Shown: piece after piece, positions 27,951 through 37,175 of the stretch | Layout: each line of letters opens with the position of its first letter | How positions within the stretch are numbered: the first letter of the stretch is position 1 | DNA from: Felis catus | Lineage: Eukaryota | Assembly: GCF_018350175.1 (NCBI RefSeq) | Contig: NC_058368.1 | Coordinates: forward strand, 103,108,001 to 103,172,000 | Reading direction: 5' to 3' | DNA: 64,000 nucleotides | Notes under the pieces: generated by a model | Database searches by the model: none | Told to the model about the DNA's origin: nothing | Seen by the model: only the letters and a program-made list of their open reading frames with translations | Program-made: the position numbers and the translations under genes

Positions 27951-29649
27951 AGATTGACAAAGGAATGGGGATTTATCCAAAAAAAATACACAAATGACAA
28001 ATAAGCCCATGAAAAGATGTTCAAATGACAAATAAGTCCATGAAAACATGCTCAAAATAGTTATTAGGTAACTACAAATCAAAGCCACAGTAAGATACCA
28101 CTTCACACCCATTAGGACGACTATAATAAAAAGCATGGACAATAACAAGTGTTGGTGAGGGTGCAGAGAAACTGACACCCTCATACATCGCTATTGGGAA
28201 TATAAAATAGAGTAGCTGGCTTTGAAAAGTATTTTGGCAGCTCTCCCAAAAATTAAAGTAGGGCTACCATAAGATCCAACAATTCTACTCCTAGATTTCT
28301 AGCTGAAAGCATATGTTCACCCAAAAACTTGTATATGAATATTCATAGCAGCATTATTCATAAGAGCCAAAAGGTAGAAATAACCCAAATGTCCATGAAC
28401 TAATGACTGGATAAACAAAATATGGCATAACTACACGATGGAATATTATTCATTTGTGACAATGAATGAAGCATTGACATACACTAGAATATAAACAAGT
28501 CTTCCAAACTTTACGCTATGTGAAGAAAGCCACAATAAAAGGCCACATACTGTGTGTTTCCATTTTTACAGACTATCCAGAATAAGTAAATCCACAAACA
28601 AAAAGTAGATCAGTGGTCACCGGTGGCTGGAAGGAAGGAGGAATTGGAACTGGAGAGTTATTTGAAAACAAGAGGAGGACACAATGAGTCCATAACCATT
28701 TCTGCTTGGGTCTGTATGCCTCCAAGAGTAGAAGAGACTGGAAGGCTCTTCCAATTTCTCTTCCAATTCTCTTCCAATTCTCTTCTCAACCAGCTTCCAA
28801 TTTCTCTCAGCGCTTGCAGCACGACCTGCCCCGTGCCTTCCAGCGGTCGGAGCACCAGCTGGGTCATGCATCTCAGTGATCGAAATACAAGCTGTGCTTC
28901 CTCCTACCCCCTGCCTGCCAAATACCAGCTGTGCCCTCACCTGCTATCTCCACCAGACTTGGCATTCCCGGCAAGGCATCATCTCAGAGGGGCACATCTG
29001 AGCTGTCGGGCACTTCCCTCAGCGGTCTGAGCAATAGCCATGGATGCACTCTCAGAGTTTCAAGTATTCACCCACAAGGGCTTCTGCTTCAGTTTTCTAC
29101 TTTCTAGTATCATCGCTTCTCCCACTTAGTTCTTCTAGACCGAAAGGTGCTGTCTTTCTACAACGTTGGCCCCTTCCTATCCGCTTTCCCTCTTTGCTCT
29201 CTCAGACTTTGAACACCTATCTATCCTCTCCACCAAATGCCCTCTGTAGTACCTGGTGGCGTGTCTGACTTTCTGCTTGGTCTCTTACCCGTGTACCTAT
29301 AGTACTTGTTTCAATAAACCCTAGTAGCAAATCTGATATGTTCACCGTGAATTATAAACCTAATTTTCCTTTGTACTTTTCCCTTGGTTCTGTATTTTAG
29401 GTAATATTTTGGAAAATGGAACACTTCTAGTTTATTGTTATAAATGTAATGAAAAACTTGGAAAGCATAGAAATCCTTTCTTTCCTTTTCTCCCGAAATT
29501 TTAGTGATTCTTGATAGGATTATTTTAGCAGTATTATCAGGCCAAAAATTCAAATGGAAAACTTTTCGTTATTCAAAAATATTTTCCTAAATATGGAGTT
29601 AATTTTGTATCTTAGGGGTAAGATAACTATTCCTTCCTTAGATCATGGT

Positions 29650-29872
29650 TGTTTTTTTTTGTTTTTTTTTTGTTTGTTTGTTTTGATAGACTGAGAGAGA
29701 CAGAACACAAGTGGGGGAGGGGCAGAGAGAGAAGGAGACACAGAATCCGAAGCAGGCTTCAGGCTCTGAGCGGTCAGCACAGAGCCCGACGTGGGGCTCG
29801 AACTCACAAACTGTGAGATCATGACCTGAGCCGAAGTCAGATGCTCAACCGACTGAGCCACCCAGGCGCCCC
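29650..29872 (-). mobile_element. CAN-SINE
   Basis: Canonical body; target-site duplication agatcatggtt. Confidence 0.96.
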
Positions 29873-30213
29873 ACAGATCATGGTTTTAAAAGTTCTCTTT
29901 GGTTAGTGCCTACCAAGTAGACCAATTATATTTCTACTTATACATATGTATGAGGAATGCGCTTTGAAAGTAAGACAACAAGATATCTATCCGACTTAAA
30001 TACTATTATGGGAAATTGCTTTAGGTTTAAATAAGAACAGATGGTAGATTCATGTGGTATTTTTGGACATTATTCTGGCACAAAGCAGAAACAGAGAAAG
30101 AGAAAACAGGCCAAAAATTGGACCAAAGTGTTAAAACAAAAAATCATGTGTACTTCACAAATTCTAGTAGTTCCACAGAGTTAAATGACTTGGCATTAAG
30201 AGATAGGTATTAT

Positions 30214-30440
30214 AGGGGCGCCTGGGTGGCTCAGTCGGTTGAGCGTCCGACTTCGGCTCAGGTCATGATCTCATGGTCCGGGAGTTCCAGCCCCGCGTTG
30301 GGCTCTGTGCTGATGGCTCGGAGCCTGGAGCCTGTTTCCGATTCTGTGTCTCCCTCTCTCTCTGCCCCTCCCCCGTTCATGCTCTGTCTCTCTGTGTCTC
30401 AAAAATAAATAAACGTTAAAAAAAAGTTTAAAAAAAAAAC
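30214..30440 (+). mobile_element. CAN-SINE
   Basis: Canonical body; target-site duplication agag(a/g)taggtattat. Confidence 0.96.
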
Positions 30441-31431
30441 AACAAAGAGGTAGGTATTATCATATACTCTATTTTTATGTATTCCCTCTGTATCTTAACA
30501 TATAGATATATGTCCAAACATGGGCTCAACAGATGTATTAGCATGTTTTGATGACTTATAGAAAACATTAAGAAGTAATTAGGAAGGCTCATCTGCATAC
30601 TAATAGACCCAGAAAGTGCATATTGGATTTCCTTATATTTGCTCTGTACTCTCATTTTCTGGGAACGGGTCAGCTCTTTTAGTCACAAATCAGCTTAATG
30701 TGTAAAATAATCACACAGTGTCCTGAATACATGAAAGAAAAAAAAAACAACAACACTGGCCTCACTCTTTCACTTACTTTTAGACTGTTTTACGTATAGT
30801 CATTCTGTGCCATTTATTCTTCGTAAGTAGACACTTTCATGAATAGGTGATTAGTCCCCCATTAGTTGATTATTTTTTTTAGAGTCCCCGAGTCCAAAAT
30901 GATGCATTAATGCCCAAATCTTTTCTTTGACAGTGAACGTAATAAAGGCTTGTGGCTTAAACCAACTGAGTTAACATTTTTTTTTCCTACTTTGAATGAA
31001 AAACATCATTTTCCCTGGGAAAATGTAGCTATTAATAGAATAACAGTAGACTCTTCATTACACATAATTTGTCCTTTCTCACAGCACAAAACATGATCTC
31101 AGATGATTCATGATATCATCATGAAATAGAAGATGCAGGACATGGGAGGACTTCTTGAAAATGATTAGTGTTTTGAAACCCTTGAGAGTGAAATGGAGCA
31201 ACTCTCTGTCACTGCGATTGCTGTAAAGGCAGGACAACATTTTAAAATTGATTTACCATTTGGTTCTTTGAATTCCTGCTTAAAACCTCGACAAGGCAAC
31301 GTTCCAAAACAGGTGAAATAGATATGGGCAAAAATCCCCGTGCAAATCTCTGCTTTCTGTTGAGAATGTGAAAGTCAAAACCATATATTGATAGTGAAGT
31401 CATGTAGAAGTTCATGTTAATTAGCATATTC

Positions 31432-31601
31432 TTTTTTTGAAAGTGAGTGGGGAGGGGCAGAGGGAGAGGGAGAGAGAATCTTAAGCAGGCTTCATGCTCA
31501 GTGTGGAAGCTGACACAGGGCTCGATCTCAGGACCATGAGATCATGACCTGAGCCAAAGTAAAGAGTTGGATGCTTAACCGACTGAGCCACCCAGGTGCC
31601 C
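31432..31601 (-). mobile_element. CAN-SINE
   Basis: Antisense body ending gagccacccaggtgccc; catatt on both flanks. Confidence 0.93.
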
Positions 31602-32375
31602 TATCATATTTTTATAAGACAAGTCAGAGAGTTCATTCGGATAATAATTATAATTCAGTTAAAATACACATTTTCTTGAGGTTTCCTACAATCGCCTTGC
31701 TTCTCAACTGTGTAGCAACTGTCGAGAAGGGTTATACTTTGAGAAAACTGGTGGTGCCTATCAATTGTTTACAACACTGAAGAGTGAGTGAACCATGGAA
31801 CACAAGTGGCAGTGAGATTATCCGGCTGATGGTATCACTGTAGTCTGCACACAGTATTTCAGAAGAGAAAAAAACCTTTAGGATTTAATATATTGAGCTT
31901 GTCTCTCTATTGATCAAATTAATTGGACGATTTCCAAATCTCCACTTTACTGAGTATTTTATTGACATAACCTTTGACCAAGAAGCCTATAGATTTCAAA
32001 ATGTCTTTTCTTATAGACAGAAAATCAATTTGGTTATTTTAATAAATATAATTGTTTGACCAAAATAGTTGGCTGAGCAATTAAAGGATATCTACTGTCA
32101 TTACTTGGTAGTTGTGGGGAAGGGAAGTGGTATTGATTGTGAAGAACAAAAGAGGAAACAAATTTTCAACACTGAGAAATGAAAAAAGCTAAGAAGCAAT
32201 GGAAAAACACTAGGAAGAAAGCTGTGAACAAATGGCATTAATGCCAAAGAACCAATATGATCATTTTGACCTTACGTGGTAGTGTTGCATTATAAAAACA
32301 GAGTAGACTTTGGACATGTCTTGTAAATTTTTTGTGCAGTTCAATAGCAGATAAGACAAACATGAATTTTATAAT

Positions 32376-32428
32376 CTTTTTTTTCCTTTTTTTTCAAGTT
32401 TATTTATTTATTTTGAGAGCAGGGGAGG

Positions 32429-32470
<42 letters not shown>

Positions 32471-32593
32471 CCCAAGCAGGCTCCACACTATTAGTGCAGG
32501 CCGACACGGGGCGCAAACCCACAAACCATGAGATCATGACCTGAGCTGAAATCAAGAGTCAGACACTTAACCAACTGATCCACCCAGGCACCC
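32376..32593 (-). mobile_element. CAN-SINE
   Basis: Antisense body with (GA)n; attttataat on both flanks. Confidence 0.94.
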
Positions 32594-32719
32594 TGCATTT
32601 TATAATTTTCATCAAGAGAAACATTTTCTTCAAAATACACTGGAAAAGCTGTCACTAAAAGATTGTTTCAAGTTGGTGCTAACTTCTTGAAGAATGTCAG
32701 CCCTCCAGAACCAGAGACT

Positions 32720-32925
32720 TCCAGGGCTAGATCTCAGCTTTACCTTTTATTAGTCATTTAGCCTCCTGTGCCTCAGTGTCCTCTTCTCTGACATTTGGAA
32801 AATAATCTTACTTCTCTATGAAGTTGTTGTGAAGATGTGATAAGTTAACACAGCGGAGTATAGGAATACACAGAAACAAACACTTGGGAGTGGTAAATGC
32901 TCAAGAAATTTCAGTGATTTTTATG
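32720..32925 (+). mobile_element. MIR, lying between repeats A and B of the fossil gene
   Basis: catttagcctcctgtgcctcagtgtcctc...gttgttgtgaagat...gtaaatgctcaagaaat. Confidence 0.7.
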
Positions 32926-33009
32926 TTTTCATCTTGAAATAGCAAATATGTGCTCCATTTATTTCCTGATGAAATATTATAATATCTTAAGAACAACATT
33001 CTAGGAAAT

Positions 33010-33084
33010 TTTTATTTTATTTTTATTTTATTTTTTAAGGTTTATTTATGTTGAGAGAGACAGAGATAGTGCAAGTCGGGGAGG

Positions 33085-33128
<44 letters not shown>

Positions 33129-33262
33129 CAGAATCCCAAGCAGGCTCTACACTGTCAGCTTGGAGCCCGATGTGGGGCTCGAACTCACAAAAACCGAGAG
33201 ATCATCAACTGAGTAGAAACCAAGAGTCAGACGCTTAAATGACTAAGCCACCCAGGTGCCCC
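33010..33262 (-). mobile_element. CAN-SINE
   Basis: Antisense body; target-site duplication tctaggaaat. Confidence 0.95.
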
Positions 33263-34550
33263 TCTAGGAAATAATTTGAAACTAAAAATGTCCATTTCAT
33301 GGTTTTCATCTCTGTAGTGTTCGTTTCTTTTCATTGATTAGAAGACTATAACAATGGCTATCCCAATTAATGGTGTGATTACATCTGAGAAAAATATGTA
33401 GGTACATCTCCACGTAAGGGCAGGAAAGTAAGTGAAAGAAAAAAATTTAAAACCACTCAAATTTAATTTACACGATCACAGCCCTTGAATTGACACTTTA
33501 TACAGATGACAACCATAAACTACGAACTTACCCAAAAGTCCAACTTTAATTCACAGCTTTAAAGGAGATCTAAAAAGATTTAATGAATTTTCTGATTACT
33601 TCCACTCTTTTGTCAAATGTGATTCAATGATATTCAATTGTAATAAAAAAGGATACTGTAAGAGTAGCAAACCTGGAAATACTTGCTTCCGAGTGTAATT
33701 TGAGTGTTCCTAAAATCCATAATTTAAACATTCATATAAATAGGAACATATATTTGAAAACTTAGTTGATTACAAGCAATAACACTAGAACTACATGGAT
33801 ATTTTAAAACTCCATGTCTCCTCAAAAATATTAAGCATATTTGTTCCGATGATACTTGTTCTGGGCACTGCTAGTTCGTATCATCATATAATTCTTTAAA
33901 AATGACCATATGGGGATATAATATAAACTGCTCGCTATTTAGTAAGGTTATTTTGCATAATTAAGTTTTCCTGACTTTAGCCTTTTAACAGAGTAATGAA
34001 AGCATACCTACACTTTAAAATAGATGACCAAACTGAATCAAATTGTGTCTCCAAATAGAGACAGAAGCACTGGTACGTGTACATTTCTATTAGAGCAGAA
34101 GTGAATCCAAAATACAATCTCTTGAGTTCAATTATAAAACCCATATGCTTGAGTGAATGCATGGTAAAAATATGCAACTTCATTACACATTAGAGGCACT
34201 ACAAATTTCAGCTTTGATTCAAAAAACACTCAGATTGCTAATGTGGTGTAGACTGCTAAAAGGCTAATACCACTGCTGTGTGCAGTAACGGGCGAGTGAA
34301 AACATCTGTATTTTCTCTGCTTTAAGAACATGGCCTTTTAATCCCAGGGCTTATCTGTGTAGAGGATAAAGACTGTAATAACAAGGAATGTTTATATTAT
34401 GGTACCTAGTTAAGGGTGATAGCAAAGAAAAAGGACACAGGGCCATTGAAATTAAACAAGTTATACTTTGCCATAATGCCAATGTAAACTTACTCTTAAA
34501 GTCATGGAGAAGGGTTCTTGCTCCCCTTTTTGGATAATTTAAAGATCGAT

Positions 34551-34730
34551 GGGGAGCCTGGGTGGCTCGGTCAGTTAAGCATCTGACTCTTGGTTTTGGT
34601 TCGTCTGATAAAGCCCTGCCTCGGGGTCTGTGCTGACAGACTGGAGACTGCTTGGGATTCTGTCTCTCCCTCTCTCTTTGCCCCTCCTCTGTTCTCTCTC
34701 TTAAAATAAATAAATAAACATTAAAAAAAT
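34551..34730 (+). mobile_element. CAN-SINE
   Basis: ggggagcctgggtggctcggtcagttaagc head and aataaataaacattaaaaaaa tail. Confidence 0.93.
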
Positions 34731-35269
34731 GAAAATAGAGGTGAACATCTCTGTAAGAAGTTTTATAAAATAAAGTGTGATCGGATAAGGATACCTTGAG
34801 TACCTGAAAAAGAAAAATAAAGCAAAGTTCACAAAATCTTTGGGTTTATAAATCTGAAGACTTGGTGATATACCAAGATATGTCCAGAAGAATATGAATT
34901 TCAATGCATGCAAATGGAAACTATGGGCTTAATTAATTCTCAGTAACTTGTTTTTGCTTAAAAGGTGTGTGCTGAGTGATTCTGGTACTTAAAAGCAATC
35001 TCAAAGAACCAAAATTTTACCTTCACAGTATTTCTAGAGGAAGTTACAATTACTGAAGGATCAATTACATGTTGAGACTTGAGAGGTCTACGTTCTGGCT
35101 CGATTAGGGGTCTCTAAAATATGAACAAGTTAAAATTCTCATTTGCCTATGTGGAAACCACACATATTACCTCATAGAGATATTGGGACTTGATGATACA
35201 TGCAAATTATGTTAAATTCATGAAATTTTTATTCTATATAGTAAGCATCATTTTATATTTTCTCTTTAT

Positions 35270-35524
35270 CTTTTTTTAACATATATATTTTTATTTAATA
35301 TAATATATATTAATTTATATTATATACAAATATATTTATATATAATAATTTATATTTTAATATATAATTTATATTTTAATACATAATTTATATTTTAATA
35401 TATAATAATATATAAATATATTTATATTATATATTTAATATATACTATATTCATATATAATTTATATTTTAATATATTATATATATTTAATATATAATTT
35501 ATATTATGTATAAATTTAATATAA

Positions 35525-35564
<40 letters not shown>

Positions 35565-35740
35565 TAAATTTGAGAGAAACAGAGAGAGAGGAAAGGGCAG
35601 AGGGAGAGAGAGAATCCCAAGCAGGAGCCATGCTCAGGGCAGAGCCCTGACACAAGGCTCGATCCCAAGGCCTTGGGATCATGACCTGAGCTGAAATCAA
35701 GAATCAGATGCTCAACCAACTAAGCCACCCACGCACCCCT
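35270..35740 (-). mobile_element. CAN-SINE whose tail has expanded into a ~290 bp AT-only low-complexity tract
   Basis: SINE body 35570-35740; AT tract 35281-35570; ctctttatct on both flanks. Confidence 0.85.
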
Positions 35741-35763
35741 CTTTATCTATTGCTTAAGACTGA

Positions 35764-35860
35764 CTGTGGTAGGCAGACTTTAAGACGTGTGAGATAATAA
35801 ACATGTGTTGTTTTATGCTGCAAAAGTTATGCTCATTTGTTACACAACAATAGAAAAAAC
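35764..35860 (+). mobile_element. Short MLT1 LTR remnant
   Basis: tgtggtaggcaga...gtgagataataaacatgtgttgtttt...tttgttacacaacaatagaaaa. Confidence 0.55.
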
Positions 35861-36169
35861 CCACAGAAATCGTATACCTTAACAGATTGGCATATAACAC
35901 ATTTATGTACTTATTTACTTTGAATTTAGTGGAATAAATTTAGATAGTTTCTAAACTCCTTTCTTGTTAAGTTTTGGCCAGTATAGGAATGGCCTCCAGG
36001 AATGCTCCAGATGCCCACTATGTGAACTCACTCATATAGTATGACCGAAATGGAAGAATCGGAGGGCTTGTCATGACGCCTGGTGCCAGAAGCAGAGGAG
36101 AAATGAGGTTTGAAGTATATGGAGTCAAAGTTAATCTGTGGAAAATTCATCTTCATCGAAATCTTGCAT

Positions 36170-36640
36170 CTCCCATTTGCCATAAATCTGACAAAAAATT
36201 CCCAAATTTGACAACTCTGACAATCATTGAGGAGTTGTAAAGTTGAAAGCAAATTCTCTAGACTAAAAATAATAAAAAAGAGGGCCACCTGGATGGCTCT
36301 AAGCATCTAACTCTTCATCTCAGCTCAGGTCATGATACAACGGGTTGTGGGCTAGAGACCCACGTGGGGCTCTGTGCTGGCAGCATGGAGCCTGCCTGGG
36401 ATTCTCTCTCTCTCCCTCTCTCTCTCTGGCCCTCCCCTGCTTGTGTGCACACTCTCTCTCCCAAAATAAATAAAAACATTTTAAAAAATCTTTAAAAAAA
36501 TAATAAAAGATTTCTTGATCAACAAGTCTAAAAGAGAAGCTAAATTATCTTTCTATGGTGACTATAGAAAATAATACATCAAGATCATTACTATATAAAG
36601 AGGTAATAAAACAGTACGCAACCAAACCTACAAGGAAAAA
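36170..36640 (+). mobile_element. hAT (Tip100/Zaphod-like) DNA transposon fossil, transposase C-terminal dimerisation domain, split by a CAN-SINE
   Basis: Joining across the SINE gives FPNLTTL...SCKVESKFSRLKIIK...STSLKEKLNYLSMVTIENNTSRSLLYKEVIKQYA, matching the hAT dimerisation pattern FPNL..SC..ERSFS.L..IK...RST..EERL..LS.L.IE. Confidence 0.8.
36281..36500 (+). mobile_element. CAN-SINE nested in the hAT fossil
   Basis: gggccacctggatggctc head; aaataataaaa on both flanks. Confidence 0.92.
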
Positions 36641-36649
36641 AAATACATA

Positions 36650-37175
36650 CAGTTGTCCTCCAAAATGACTCCCAGTGGTCCCACCTCTTGGTATTCACAC
36701 CCTTGTGTAGACCCATCCTATTTGTATTACATTTGGTCTATGTGACCAAGAGAAAAACAAAACAGAAGTAATGGGATGGTCCCTTCCAAAATTATTTTAT
36801 AATAGACTACAGCTTCTACTTGGTCTGTCTCTCTTTGTTTCTTATATCACTTGCTCTGGGAGGAGCAAGCTGCCATATTGTGTGATGTTATATAGAGAGG
36901 CCCTAGTGGTGGGAAACTGAAGCCTCTAGCTAGTAACTAGTGAAAAACTAACCAGTGTCCACGTGAATGAGCTTAGAAATGGATCCTGCAGCCTTAATTA
37001 TGCAGTGTAATGACTGTGCTCCCAGAGAGCTTGACAGCAAAATTGTGAGAGACCTTGACCCAGATTTACCCAGCTAAGCTGCTCTTGAATTCTTGACCCT
37101 CAGAAACTATGAGCTAATAAACGTTTGCTGTTTTTAGCTGCTTTGTTTCAGAAGAATTTGTTATGCAACAATAGA
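36650..37175 (+). mobile_element. MaLR solo LTR (MLT1F-like)
   Basis: ggtattcacacccttgtgtag, agcaagctgccatattgtg, cccagctaagctgctcttgaattcttgaccctcagaaactatgag, tgcaacaatagataa. Confidence 0.85.

Larger units (their letters stand above)
26965..28650 (+). mobile_element. Old 5'-truncated LINE-1 (L1MA/L1MB-like) ORF2 3' end and 3'UTR, with two nested CAN-SINEs
   Basis: L1 hallmarks tggcataaagacagacatac, agataccacttcacacccattagga, aacaagtgttggtgaggg, cccaaatgtcca and 3'UTR aaaggccacatactgtgtg...agtagatcagtggt. Confidence 0.88.
25300..35000 (-). pseudogene. Decayed four-repeat cyclic-nucleotide-gated K+ channel (CNGK/tetraKCNG-like) pseudogene of the CNG/KCNH superfamily
   Basis: Manual minus-strand translation across stops and frameshifts gives ordered CNG/KCNH-type motifs in four tandem units. 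A: pore-like HSLKHMGF ~34138-34161, S6 TQEIVF ~34110-34127, CNBD start QLSFQIYVP ~33742-33768. B: S2-S3 NNQIDFLSIRKDILKSIGFL ~31979-32038, pore MTSLSIYGFDF ~31372-31403, CNBD YIFPGKMMFFIQSR...RSLSKKRFG ~30912-31027. C: S5 LEFVKY..LVQFLACFLFLCFC ~30070-30165, C-linker NTEPREKYKGKL...NISDL..RVY*NKYYRY ~29290-29397, CNBD SLYF...VVLQALREIGSW ~28790-28893. D: S1 start PSSLFYSW ~28722-28745, SIYKHY ~26444-26461, C-linker NNIDINDKIQIRV ~25788-25826 and LLKNEIF ~25660-25682. Confidence 0.7.

Noticed and set aside
28770..29480. Resemblance to RGS22 (NNKLEVFHF; LREIGSWLRRELEENW)
   Set aside because: The matches are short and partly produced by a local tandem repeat. The same DNA is explained better, and in correct order, by S6, C-linker and CNBD motifs.
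33850..33925. Plus-strand YLFWA...PYGDII pore-like motif
   Set aside because: It is on the opposite strand to all other channel motifs, and the minus strand here already reads as a C-linker. Treated as chance.
25300..35000. Endogenous viral element (borna-, parvo- or filovirus), TLR, GVIN1 or HEXIM pseudogene
   Set aside because: No diagnostic motifs found (GDNQ, helicase Walker motifs, TIR box, LRR periodicity).
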